IMG/VR virus record: IMGVR_UViG_3300022700_000069
Location: 38,429-102,428 of that record
Direction: 5' to 3' (one strand)
Origin: a virus
Length of the DNA stretch: 64,000 nucleotides
Below the pieces are notes generated by a model. It was not told the DNA's origin. It saw nothing but the letters and a program-made list of their open reading frames with translations, and searched no databases. Position 1 is the stretch's first letter. Every line of letters begins with the position of its first letter. The translations under genes were made by a program, and so were the position numbers. Shown piece after piece: positions 31,042-41,199 of the stretch.

Positions 31042-31680
31042 ATGAAAATTGGTAATATTCTTTATGAAAAAGAATTAGTAAATCATGAAAAAGTAGATTA
31101 TATTAATTATTATGATTTTGCTGATAATTTTTCAATAAATATTGAAGATATTGATAGTTCGCTACCTACTCTTATTGTTGGATGGAAGTTTTTAAAAGAG
31201 TATTATCCAGATTTAGATGTTAATATTTTAACACACAGAATAAAAAAGGATAAATTATATTGGGAATTTTCATTTAATGAAAATAAATCTTCACATGTAG
31301 ATGGTATTCAAAATTTTATTGAAAATTTACCATATTATTATTATACTCCGTATTATAAATATAAAAATTTAGACCCTGTTTTTTTTAGGATTAGTAATAA
31401 TCAAGAACTTTTTGAAATTTTGCCAAAAAAAATTGATGGGATTTATATTTTTAAAAATAGAATGTTATACATTTTATCAAATGAAATGATTTATGGTCTT
31501 GATTTAGAAATGTATAAATTTTTTAAATTTAATATTCAGGGAATATTGGATAAATTAACATCCATTTATGGTGGTTCAATTATTTATGATTCTGATGGTA
31601 AACAATATCAAAAATATTGTGATATATTTCCTGATTTCTCTTACCTTAAAAGATATCTTGTAGTTATCTTATCAAAATAA
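31042..31680 (+). CDS. Hypothetical protein
   Basis: 212-aa ORF, LPTLIVGW. Confidence 0.75.
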   Translation: MKIGNILYEKELVNHEKVDYINYYDFADNFSINIEDIDSSLPTLIVGWKFLKEYYPDLDVNILTHRIKKDKLYWEFSFNENKSSHVDGIQNFIENLPYYYYTPYYKYKNLDPVFFRISNNQELFEILPKKIDGIYIFKNRMLYILSNEMIYGLDLEMYKFFKFNIQGILDKLTSIYGGSIIYDSDGKQYQKYCDIFPDFSYLKRYLVVILSK

Positions 31681-31702
31681 TTATTCATTATTGAAATTAT
31701 AT

Positions 31703-31735
31703 AATCGTTTAATATTTATATTAAACGATTTTTTT
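31703..31735 (+). terminator. Intrinsic terminator
   Basis: AATCGTTTAATA..TATTAAACGATT followed by a T run. Confidence 0.7.
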
Positions 31736-31826
31736 ATATATTAAAAAAATATATGAAAGAATTAGTATTAACGTGATGTTAAATTTTTTAAATAATAATA
31801 GTATTTATATGTAAAAGAATTATATT

Positions 31827-32015
31827 ATGGAAAAGGAAATTAATAAAAATTTGGATAATTTTTTATCTGATGATGAAAATACAGATGAAAAAAAGAATAA
31901 AGAAAAAAAGAACCAAAAAGAATTGGTACTTAAAAGTAGAAGTGGTTTAATTGAAAGAATTGACCGTAAAATAATTACAGAAGATGGTCGTCAATTATTA
32001 AGAGAACATTATTAA
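31827..32015 (+). CDS. Hypothetical protein
   Basis: 62-aa ORF after GTATTTATA (31801). Confidence 0.7.
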   Translation: MEKEINKNLDNFLSDDENTDEKKNKEKKNQKELVLKSRSGLIERIDRKIITEDGRQLLREHY

Positions 32016-32039
32016 AATTATTATTAATATTTAGTATCA

Positions 32040-32825
32040 ATGAATAATAAAAAAGATGATAAATCTCTCAATGAACATATTGAGAAGATTAAATATCGTG
32101 TTAAATATAATATTAGTGAAACACCTAAATATAGACCTGTAATTGAGGATGATTTGGAATTTGATGAAATTCCAGATAGTAATTATATGACTCAAGATGG
32201 TCAACCTGTACCTAATACTGGTGGTAGTGATGCGTTTCTTGAAGAGCAGGGTGATGAAGGTGATGAAAATAATGATGATAAAATTTCAGCACCTGAAGGT
32301 CCTAAAGAGCCAGCAGAACCATCAAATGCACGTGCACCTGAAAATGATGATGTTCCTGATGAAGAACCAGAAGGTGAACCAATGGATGAACCAGCAGAAT
32401 TAAAAAACACTGGTGATGAAATACCAGAGGAAGAACCAATGGAATCTGAAGAAGGTGTTGATCAAGTTCAGAATGATATTATTAAACATAATATTGAAGC
32501 AATGAAAAGTATTCAATCTAAATTAGAAAATTTAGAAAATATTGAAACTAAATTAAGTTCTCAACTTAGCATGTTAGATGATAAAGTTAAAGAAGTTGAA
32601 GAACCAACTGATGCTGAAAAGATGATGGAAAAAAAAGATGTTTCATATCCATATTATTTTAACCTTAATGATTTTTGGAAAGGTAATTGGTTTGATCAAC
32701 AAAGACAGGAATCACAGGAGAAGGGTATGAAACAATTACCTGATGGTACGTATATTGCTGATTTTGATGATTTACCAACACATAATGATATGGAAATTGA
32801 AGATAGCTTTAATTCAATTGTTTAA
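32040..32825 (+). CDS. Acidic hypothetical protein (possible scaffold or internal head protein)
   Basis: E/D/P-rich linker plus coiled coil, then SYPY. Confidence 0.7.
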   Translation: MNNKKDDKSLNEHIEKIKYRVKYNISETPKYRPVIEDDLEFDEIPDSNYMTQDGQPVPNTGGSDAFLEEQGDEGDENNDDKISAPEGPKEPAEPSNARAPENDDVPDEEPEGEPMDEPAELKNTGDEIPEEEPMESEEGVDQVQNDIIKHNIEAMKSIQSKLENLENIETKLSSQLSMLDDKVKEVEEPTDAEKMMEKKDVSYPYYFNLNDFWKGNWFDQQRQESQEKGMKQLPDGTYIADFDDLPTHNDMEIEDSFNSIV

Positions 32826-32831
32826 ATAATT

Positions 32832-33278
32832 ATGAAAATATTTCATGAACACGGTACAAAAGATAAGTTATTTGAAATGATGATTAAAGTCAATCGTTTA
32901 GATGAAGATTTATTATCAAAAAATAAAAAGAATGAAATAATTGAAAATTTTGTAGAGTATTGTTATGATTTTTTAGGTATGGAAGGTGAACCAGAAGGTA
33001 TTGAAATTTCATATAATCCAACTGAAGCAGCAGAAATGCGTTCATTTGGTAAACATACACCTGTAAATGGTGTAATAAGAGTTGTTGCAACTAATAGAAA
33101 TTTAGCTGATATTCTTAGAACATTGGCACATGAAATTGTACATCGTAAACAAATGCAAGATGGTAAATTGTATATGGGTGCTGGTGGTGATGGTACTGAT
33201 ATTGAAAATGAAGCAAATGCAAAAGCAGCAATAATAATGAGAAAATATGGTAAAGATAATCCAATAATTTTTGAATAA
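32832..33278 (+). CDS. Zincin-like HExxH protein
   Basis: DILRTLAHEIVH..Q, ENEANA.A. Confidence 0.75.
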   Translation: MKIFHEHGTKDKLFEMMIKVNRLDEDLLSKNKKNEIIENFVEYCYDFLGMEGEPEGIEISYNPTEAAEMRSFGKHTPVNGVIRVVATNRNLADILRTLAHEIVHRKQMQDGKLYMGAGGDGTDIENEANAKAAIIMRKYGKDNPIIFE

Positions 33279-33292
33279 AACACATATAAATA

Positions 33293-34843
33293 ATGAATAT
33301 TAAAGGTAAAAATGGTTCAAAAAATAGACTCTTTGAAATGATGCAAGGGGTAACTAAAGAAAATATACATGAAAATTCATGGCAAGAAGGTTTAAATAAT
33401 ACATTAAAAACAGCATTTGAGAAATTAAAAACAGATGCATTAACAATGAAACAAGGTGGATCATATACATCTAAAATACAATCAACAGATGATACATCAT
33501 ATATTGGGATTAATGGGTATGATTCTGAAGGTAATATGTATAATTTTAATTTTAGAATTGAGGCAACGGAAGGTGAGCAAGATGGTGTTGGTTATGTTAA
33601 TGATGTTGTTTTAGAAAGATTTTATTATCAAAATCCTCAAGGTGAAAAAGTATTTGATGTTAATGAAGATGATCTTAAAGAATTTAATCAACAATATGGT
33701 GCTGAATTATATGATGTTGTTGAAAAATATATTGATAGTAATGAACTTGATGAAACTATTAATAAAAAAGAAGATTCTCAACCATATGGTGGTTCAAAAC
33801 AAAAATATCAAGATGGTATGGGATATGGTGATGAAAAACCAGTAAATTCTAAATTAAGAACAAAAGCATCCGAATTAGAAAAATTTGTTAAAGAGGACGA
33901 ACCAAAAAAGTGGGGTGAAGATGGTAAGTTTAAAGATTTTGACGGTGTAATGAAATTTGTTAAAGAAGAAAATGATGAAAATGAAAATATTGAAGGAGAC
34001 GGTGAATATATAATTAAAAAGAATTTTAAACGGTTATTATCTGATATTGAATTCAGTAAAATGGCACAAGCCTATGAGAATTTATTAAAGATGAAGAAAA
34101 GTGAATATAGAGAAAAAGAATCGACACAAACTGCATTATCATCTTTAAGAAATTTAATATCTGAATATTTGCGTGAAGTAAGAGGATTAAATGTTACTCA
34201 AGAAGATGTACAAAATTTCTTTGAAAATTATTTACAAAAATTTACAAGTGTAGTGTCAGAAAATGAAGAAGAAAATAGTGAGAATATTCCTGATGAGGAA
34301 GTTCCAGCATTGGATGTTGATGATGTTGATGATGATGGTGATAAATTAGAAGGTGGTTTAGGTGACCATGCTAATGTTATGGATTTTGATCCTGAACAAA
34401 TTTTAAAGGGAATTGAAGTTGAAATGGAACATACTAAAGACCCTAAAATTTCATTAGAAATTACAATGGACAATTTAGCTAAAGACCCCAACTATTATAA
34501 TATTGATGGTGAATCTGAACCAACTCAGTTACCGGATATTGATAATGATGAAAATAATAATATATCAAAAAATGAATTACAAATTGATGATATAAAATCA
34601 TTTCCTGATGAAAATTTAAAAAAATATACAGATGATTTAAAAGGTGCGGATGATGAATTAAAAAATACTATGCTTGGTTATGGTACAGAAACACCGAACA
34701 CAATGGAAGAGTTTGAAATAAATGATAATGAACAATTTACAAGATTTAAAGAACTTGATTCAAAACCAATTGAATCATTAACTGATGAAGAAAAAGAAGA
34801 ATATTATAATTTATGGTTAGAATTTGGTGAAAAAAATGAGTAA
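33293..34843 (+). CDS. Acidic hypothetical protein with DUF5661-like segment
   Basis: GIEVEMEHTKDPKISLEITMDNLAKDPNYY. Confidence 0.7.
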   Translation: MNIKGKNGSKNRLFEMMQGVTKENIHENSWQEGLNNTLKTAFEKLKTDALTMKQGGSYTSKIQSTDDTSYIGINGYDSEGNMYNFNFRIEATEGEQDGVGYVNDVVLERFYYQNPQGEKVFDVNEDDLKEFNQQYGAELYDVVEKYIDSNELDETINKKEDSQPYGGSKQKYQDGMGYGDEKPVNSKLRTKASELEKFVKEDEPKKWGEDGKFKDFDGVMKFVKEENDENENIEGDGEYIIKKNFKRLLSDIEFSKMAQAYENLLKMKKSEYREKESTQTALSSLRNLISEYLREVRGLNVTQEDVQNFFENYLQKFTSVVSENEEENSENIPDEEVPALDVDDVDDDGDKLEGGLGDHANVMDFDPEQILKGIEVEMEHTKDPKISLEITMDNLAKDPNYYNIDGESEPTQLPDIDNDENNNISKNELQIDDIKSFPDENLKKYTDDLKGADDELKNTMLGYGTETPNTMEEFEINDNEQFTRFKELDSKPIESLTDEEKEEYYNLWLEFGEKNE

Positions 34844-35261
34844 AAAAAGATTATTTGAAATATTTTCAAAAGTAAATAAATTACCAATTAATGAAAATGA
34901 ATCGAATAGTTCGAAAAATGAAATAATTGATGATATTAAAAGACATTTTAGTGCCGGATCAAATGAGAGAATGTTTAATGATGGTATTTCTGAAGAACTT
35001 TTAATTAACATACAATCAAAAAATATTGTTTTCAATATACTTGATGAAGGTGGGTTTGAGTTAACAAATTCAACAGCAGAACAAAATCGATATAATATTA
35101 AATATAAGGGTAATTTATCTCGGATTGATGAAAATTTGAATGATGTTATTATTACAGTACCAATTCTTTTAAATATAGAAAGACAATATTTTGGTGATAA
35201 AATTGGTTTTAATTTAGAAATTTGGATACAATCAGATAATATTCAAGTTGATTTTAAATAA
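34836..35261 (+). CDS. Hypothetical protein (start ATG 34836)
   Basis: MSKKRLFEIFSKVN N-terminus is shared with neighbours. Confidence 0.7.
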   Translation: MSKKRLFEIFSKVNKLPINENESNSSKNEIIDDIKRHFSAGSNERMFNDGISEELLINIQSKNIVFNILDEGGFELTNSTAEQNRYNIKYKGNLSRIDENLNDVIITVPILLNIERQYFGDKIGFNLEIWIQSDNIQVDFK

Positions 35262-35289
35262 TGTTCTAATTATTATATTATTATATATT

Positions 35290-35320
35290 AACCTCTTTTT
35301 AGATATAAAAGGGGTTTTTT
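35290..35320 (+). terminator. Intrinsic terminator
   Basis: AACCTCTTTT..AAAAGGGGTT plus T run. Confidence 0.65.
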
Positions 35321-35350
35321 GTTTTTTTAGTATTTATAATAAAAATATAT

Positions 35351-36766
35351 ATGAGTGTATTTAAATCATATCTTTTAAAGAATAATACCTTAATTGAGGG
35401 TGTTTTATCAAATAATTCTCAAAATCCTGTTACTGAGATTAGTTATGGTACAGTTAATCAACAAGTAAGTAGGTTTATTTTTGATATTGATTTTAATAAT
35501 TTAATAAAAAGAATTAGGGAAGGGAATATAAATCCAAATAAAATAAAAAAGCATATATTACATTTAACAAACACAATACAAAATGCTCCAGAATATATTG
35601 GAAAAAGATCATATAGTCTTGATATTGAAAGAGCATCAAGTTTTAAATTGGATTTATTTAATATATCAGAAGATTGGGACGAAGGTTCTGGATATGATTT
35701 TACATATGGAAATGATGTAAATATTAATTTAAGTCAAAATGCATCAAATTGGTACTATAGAAAAACTAATGTTTTTTGGAATATTAGTGGTGGTTCGTAT
35801 AATAGTGGACAAACTAAAGTATTTGGAACACAAAATTTTGAAAAGGGTAGTGAAGATATTTATATTGATGTAACTAATTATATTAATGGAAGATTAGTAA
35901 ATGAGGGAATAACTGGTATTACTGGGTATACTGGAACATCATATGGTTTAGGTATTAAATTTTCAGATGAATTAGAAAATCTTGAAACATTATATCGTCA
36001 AGCAGTAGGTTTTCATACAAAAAATACTCATACTTTTTATGAACCATATATTGAAACATATATTGATGATGAAATTAAAGATGATAGAAATTATTTTTAT
36101 TTAAATAAAGATAATGATCTTTATTTATATAGTAATGTTGGTAATGATATTCAAGATATTATAGTAAATAAAGTAAAAATTTATGATAATAATGATATTT
36201 TAATTGATGAAATTAGTGGGGAATCAATTAATTATGTGAAAAAGGGTATATATAAGATTACTTTGAATATTGATTCTGATTTATATCCAGATGCTGTTTT
36301 ATTTAGAGATGTATGGGAATTGAATATAAATGGTAAAATAAAAGAATATGAAAATCAATTTTATTTAATATCTGATGATAATTATTTTAATTTTGATCTA
36401 TCTAATCGTATTGACTTTGATAATTATTATTTTTATTTTTGGGGTATAAATCAAAAGGAAAATATTGTAGCTGGTGATATACGAAAAATTAGATTAACAA
36501 TTAAGGAATTATATCCAGATCAAAATAATTTTATACCATTAGATATTGAATATAGAGTGTTTACAAAAGTTGGTGAAAATTATGAAATTGATGTTATTCC
36601 ATTTACATCTGTTAATAGAACCAATAGGGGATATGAAATTGATCTTGATACTTCATGGTTAATACCTCAAGATTATTGTCTGCAATTACGATTAAAAGAT
36701 GGTAATTATTATGAGAATAAAGAATGTGTAAAATTTACAATAGTGTCGAATAGCATAAAAATGTAA
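35351..36766 (+). CDS. Probable virion structural protein
   Basis: 471 aa, beta-rich; WDEG.G, SNW, HTFYEP; late motif at 35330. Confidence 0.65.
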   Translation: MSVFKSYLLKNNTLIEGVLSNNSQNPVTEISYGTVNQQVSRFIFDIDFNNLIKRIREGNINPNKIKKHILHLTNTIQNAPEYIGKRSYSLDIERASSFKLDLFNISEDWDEGSGYDFTYGNDVNINLSQNASNWYYRKTNVFWNISGGSYNSGQTKVFGTQNFEKGSEDIYIDVTNYINGRLVNEGITGITGYTGTSYGLGIKFSDELENLETLYRQAVGFHTKNTHTFYEPYIETYIDDEIKDDRNYFYLNKDNDLYLYSNVGNDIQDIIVNKVKIYDNNDILIDEISGESINYVKKGIYKITLNIDSDLYPDAVLFRDVWELNINGKIKEYENQFYLISDDNYFNFDLSNRIDFDNYYFYFWGINQKENIVAGDIRKIRLTIKELYPDQNNFIPLDIEYRVFTKVGENYEIDVIPFTSVNRTNRGYEIDLDTSWLIPQDYCLQLRLKDGNYYENKECVKFTIVSNSIKM

Positions 36767-36783
36767 AATTGATAAAAAAAGTC

Positions 36784-36814
36784 TTGTATTATAAAATATT
36801 CTAATGTATATTTG
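36784..36814 (+). promoter_or_regulatory. Bacteroidota sigma70-type promoter of the replication operon
   Basis: TTG-N20-TATATTTG. Confidence 0.7.
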
Positions 36815-36901
36815 TAAAAATAAATTAATGTAAATTTATAAAAAGTTTTATGTAAATTAATAAAAATAATAATGTAAATGTTTAATTAAAAATGTGTAAA
36901 A

Positions 36902-38227
36902 ATGGCAAAAAATGATTATTTAGAAAAGTTGAAACAACAAGTAAATTCTTACCAAGAGGAAGAAAAAAAATCAACAAAAAAGAGTGGTGGTTCAAGGGAC
37001 GATATATTAGCTAAATATTTTGTACCTCGAAACGATCAAGAAGTTTTTAGAATTTTACCACCTGATGATCCCAATTCATTGAAAACAATGCATGAAGCAT
37101 TTTTTCATGAAGTAGAAACTAATTTACCAAATGGAAAAAAGAAATATGGTACAAAAATATATTGTCCTGCTCATAATGATCCAATGGTTGAAAAAAGAGA
37201 TGAAAATGGTGATATTGTTAGAGAAGCTGATGGTAAACCAGTATTAGTTCCCAAACCTTGCCCTTTATGTCAAAAATCTAAAGAGATTTTGAAAAAACAA
37301 GATAATTCACTTAAAGGTAAAAAGAGAGAAAATTTAACTGAAGATGAAAAAGTGATTTGGGATAATAATAAAGAAATTTTCAAAGAAGCAAAAAAATGGG
37401 AAGCAAAGAAGTTTTATATTGTTAAAGGCATTGATAAGGGTAAACCAAAAGATAATGTAAAATTTTGGAGATTTAAAAAGAATTTTAGAAATCAGGGGAC
37501 ATTTGATAAAATTATGCCCGTCATAACTCAATTTATGAAAGAGTATGAAAAGCCATATTTTGATCCTGAAAATGGTTGTGATTTATCAATAACAATGACT
37601 GATGCTACTTTACCAAATGGTAGACAATATAGAACAATTTCCAGTATTATACCTAGACAGCCATCAAAACTTCATGAAGACCCAACAATAGTAGAAGGAT
37701 GGTTAAATGATAAAACTACATGGAGAGATGTATTTAAACCTAAATCAGCACCAAATATTACACCACATGAATATTTAGAAATGCTTGTTGATGGTAATGA
37801 TCCATATTGGGATGATACTGATTCAAATAATAAAAAATGGGTATTTCCGGGTCGTCCAGATTTAGAAGAAAAGGCAAATACACGTAATCAAGATTTGGGT
37901 GCTAATACTCAAAATGGTCAATTTGAACAAGCATCTGATATTGCTGATGATGGTGTTACTATTAATAATATAACTGAATCAGATGTGGGTAATTTTAATA
38001 ATAATGATGTTCCAAAAGCTAATGATGTTACTAGTGGTTTGGAATCAAAAGATGGTTTAGATGATAAATCAGATGATAAATCAGAGGATACATCAAATGA
38101 AAGTAAAGAAGATGATAATGCTACTACTAATACTAATAGTGCTGAAAATGATACTTCTTTAAATGAATCTGATGATGAATCAGAATCATATGATAATATT
38201 GATGATACTGATGATTTACCATTTTAA
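36902..38227 (+). CDS. Single-stranded DNA-binding protein (gp32-like)
   Basis: FRILP, CPAH..CPLC, KFWRF, DP..G.DL.I; acidic tail ending DDLPF. Confidence 0.85.
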   Translation: MAKNDYLEKLKQQVNSYQEEEKKSTKKSGGSRDDILAKYFVPRNDQEVFRILPPDDPNSLKTMHEAFFHEVETNLPNGKKKYGTKIYCPAHNDPMVEKRDENGDIVREADGKPVLVPKPCPLCQKSKEILKKQDNSLKGKKRENLTEDEKVIWDNNKEIFKEAKKWEAKKFYIVKGIDKGKPKDNVKFWRFKKNFRNQGTFDKIMPVITQFMKEYEKPYFDPENGCDLSITMTDATLPNGRQYRTISSIIPRQPSKLHEDPTIVEGWLNDKTTWRDVFKPKSAPNITPHEYLEMLVDGNDPYWDDTDSNNKKWVFPGRPDLEEKANTRNQDLGANTQNGQFEQASDIADDGVTINNITESDVGNFNNNDVPKANDVTSGLESKDGLDDKSDDKSEDTSNESKEDDNATTNTNSAENDTSLNESDDESESYDNIDDTDDLPF

Positions 38228-38245
38228 TATTTTTATTTTAATTGT

Positions 38246-38276
38246 AAAACAGGGGAGTAACATCCCCTGTTTTTTT
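38246..38276 (+). terminator. Intrinsic terminator
   Basis: AAAACAGGGGA-GTAACA-TCCCCTG-T7. Confidence 0.85.
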
Positions 38277-38289
38277 AAAGAGGAAAATT

Positions 38290-39429
38290 ATGGCAAAAAA
38301 AGAAAATACAACTACAAATAAAGAAGAAACAATACCAACAAACAAAAAAAGTAGAAAACCAACAAAGAAAAAAGATTTTTCTTTAGATAATTATAAGAAA
38401 AAAAAGGGTAGTGAAGATATACCACAAAAACCATTAAAGTGGTTGAAATTATCATCAGCACTTCAAAAAGCAACTGGTTTACCGGGTTTTCCAATGGGAT
38501 ATGTATCATTAGCAAGAGGATTCACGAATACAGGTAAATCAACAGCAATATCAGAAGCTGTTGTTGCTACTCAAAAAGCAGGTGCATTACCAATTATTAT
38601 TAATACTGAAGGTAATACGAATGAAAATAGATTGCAATTAATGGGGTTTGATGAAGATTTACCACATATTTTTGTTGATAATGATTATCTTTTAGAAAAT
38701 TTTGGTAAAAAACAAGATGCTAAAAGAAATGAAGCAGCAATTGAAGATTTAGCTGAATGTATTAAAGATTTTATATATGATCAAGAGCGTGGTGATTTAC
38801 CATATGATCTTGTGTTTCTTATTGATTCTATTGGTACATTAGATTGTATTCGTACAATTAATGCACAAGAAAAAAATACAAGTGATAACAATATGTGGAA
38901 TGCGGGTGCATATGAAAAAACTTTTAAATATTTATTAAATAACACAATACCGGGCAGTAGAAAACAAAATAAACAATATACTAATACCTTTATAGCGGTA
39001 CAAAAGATTTGGATAGATAATTTAGGTGCTGGTGTTGTAAAACATAAAGGTGGAGAAGCAATTTTTTATGGTTCAAGATTAGTATACCATTTTGGTGGAG
39101 TAGCTGCACATTCAACATCTGTTGTTAAAGCAACAAGTAAAAAACGTGAAGTTGCATATGCAATTGATACTAAAGTTGGTGTAGCAAAAAATCATATTGA
39201 TGGTGAACTTGGTGGTATTTCACTTGAAGGTAAAATAATATCGACACCACATGGTTTTATTTTTGCTGAAGATTTAGATAACTATAAAAAAGAGAATATT
39301 CTATATTTTAGAAATATTCTTGGTGATGATAGTATTACTGCTGATGCAATTGAAGATAAATATACAAAAAATAAAGCTGCTGACACTGATGCTGGTATTA
39401 ATTATGATGAATTTATTTCAAAAAAATAA
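38290..39429 (+). CDS. RecA/UvsX-like recombinase
   Basis: G.P.G..SLARGFTNTGKST, INTE, LIDSIG, KGGEA, KNH. Confidence 0.85.
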   Translation: MAKKENTTTNKEETIPTNKKSRKPTKKKDFSLDNYKKKKGSEDIPQKPLKWLKLSSALQKATGLPGFPMGYVSLARGFTNTGKSTAISEAVVATQKAGALPIIINTEGNTNENRLQLMGFDEDLPHIFVDNDYLLENFGKKQDAKRNEAAIEDLAECIKDFIYDQERGDLPYDLVFLIDSIGTLDCIRTINAQEKNTSDNNMWNAGAYEKTFKYLLNNTIPGSRKQNKQYTNTFIAVQKIWIDNLGAGVVKHKGGEAIFYGSRLVYHFGGVAAHSTSVVKATSKKREVAYAIDTKVGVAKNHIDGELGGISLEGKIISTPHGFIFAEDLDNYKKENILYFRNILGDDSITADAIEDKYTKNKAADTDAGINYDEFISKK

Positions 39430-40488
39430 ATGAAAATCAGAACATTATTAGTGGATTCTTCTTATCTCTTAAAGAGATCATTTAATGGTGCAAATGAATT
39501 ATATACAGATTCGTTTGGACATATTGGTGGATTATATCAGTTTTTTACTATGTTACGTAAATTAATCAAGCAATATAAAATTAATAAAGTTGTTTTAATT
39601 TGGGATGGAGAAAATGGTGGTTTAGAGAGATATTATATTGATAAAGATTATAAAGGGAATAGAAAACATAAATCATGGAATGAAAAAATTGAATTATCAG
39701 AAGCTGAATTACGTAAAGAAAAAGAAAAAGAAGAATCCATTTTAAAACAAAAAAAGAGAATACAAGCATATGCAGAGGAATTATTTTTAAGACAAATTGA
39801 AGTTGATGATATTGAAGGTGATGATTTAATTGCAGCATATTGTGTTGATTATAATAAAAAAGAAGAGATAAATATTTATACTAATGATAGGGATTTTCTA
39901 CAATTACTTGATTTAAATATTAGTATAATTTTTGCTAATATTGATATGCCAGTAACAAAAAATAATTTTATTCACTATTTTAATTATCATTATCTTAATG
40001 CCTTAACAGTAAAAATTATTTGTGGTGATACTGCAGATAATATAAAGGGAATTAAATTATTAGGTGAAAAAACATTATTAAAACATTTTCCTGAATTATT
40101 ATATAAACCAGTAATGGTCAGAGATATTTGTAAACGTGCAGATGAAATTAATAAAGAAAGAGTGAAAAATAAGAAAAAACCATATAAATCTTTAGAAAAT
40201 CTATTAAATGGTATTGATAGATTAAAGAAAAATTATAAATTAATGTACCTTAAAAAACCCATTTTAAATAAAAAAGCAATTGACGAACTACAACAATTGA
40301 AATTACCATTATCACCAGATGGTAGAGGCAGCAAAAATTTATATGAAATGATGATAAAGGATGATTTTTTAAGTATATATAATAGTACTTTTGTTAATTA
40401 TATCGAACCATTTTATTCTGTTATAATGAATGAAAAACAAATGCTTAAAGAGCATTGTGAAAATGAAAAAAAGAAAAAAAATATTTAA
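39430..40488 (+). CDS. 5'-3' exonuclease / RNase H (FEN family)
   Basis: LLVDS, WDG, YKGNR, EGDDLIA, DRDFLQL, GDTADNIKGI..LGEKT. Confidence 0.92.
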   Translation: MKIRTLLVDSSYLLKRSFNGANELYTDSFGHIGGLYQFFTMLRKLIKQYKINKVVLIWDGENGGLERYYIDKDYKGNRKHKSWNEKIELSEAELRKEKEKEESILKQKKRIQAYAEELFLRQIEVDDIEGDDLIAAYCVDYNKKEEINIYTNDRDFLQLLDLNISIIFANIDMPVTKNNFIHYFNYHYLNALTVKIICGDTADNIKGIKLLGEKTLLKHFPELLYKPVMVRDICKRADEINKERVKNKKKPYKSLENLLNGIDRLKKNYKLMYLKKPILNKKAIDELQQLKLPLSPDGRGSKNLYEMMIKDDFLSIYNSTFVNYIEPFYSVIMNEKQMLKEHCENEKKKKNI

Positions 40489-40557
40489 AAAATCTTTACA
40501 TATCAAGACTTTCTTACTATATTTGTTTTTAATATTAACTTTTAAATTTATAATAAA

Positions 40558-41166
40558 ATGACTGAAAAAGACTATAATAATCAATTTAAATTTTCATTAT
40601 TTCAAGAAGATACATTATTAGCAGAAAAAATATTTAATGCTGATAATTTTAACCCATTTACTCGTTATTCTATTGATATTAGAGATATTTTACCGTATGC
40701 AATTACAAAATTGCAAAAAACATTATCAAAAAGAAGATATGATGTTGAATTTGATTGTGGGAATGGTATTATTTATGATTTTTATAAACATACGCAAGAT
40801 ATTATTTTTTCATACCCTAAGAAAAAACAAGCAGTTATGAAATATAATCCAAAAATAAAAAGACATGAAATTGAAGATAAAACTATAAAGGGTGTTGAAT
40901 GTAAAATTGGATTATATATTAATGATAACCCTATTGTTGAGAGAGTTTTTTATGTTGATGGATTTAATCCGGTTGCAAGATATTCAGTTGATATTTTATA
41001 TACTGTTATTGATATTGCTGATGAAATTTATGATAGTATTAAAGATGTTGATGTTACAAATATGTGGGATGATTATGATTTAATTAATAAAAGAGGTTTA
41101 TCAATTAATAAAATTAGAGAATTATCATTACACAGAAGAGAAAATCTGCTTCGTAGTTTAAATTAA
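40558..41166 (+). CDS. Hypothetical protein with internal duplication (FNP..RYS.DI twice)
   Basis: 202 aa, located between the exonuclease and helicase. Confidence 0.75.
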   Translation: MTEKDYNNQFKFSLFQEDTLLAEKIFNADNFNPFTRYSIDIRDILPYAITKLQKTLSKRRYDVEFDCGNGIIYDFYKHTQDIIFSYPKKKQAVMKYNPKIKRHEIEDKTIKGVECKIGLYINDNPIVERVFYVDGFNPVARYSVDILYTVIDIADEIYDSIKDVDVTNMWDDYDLINKRGLSINKIRELSLHRRENLLRSLN

Positions 41167-41199
41167 AAAATAATATTAAAAATATTTGGGTATTGGATA

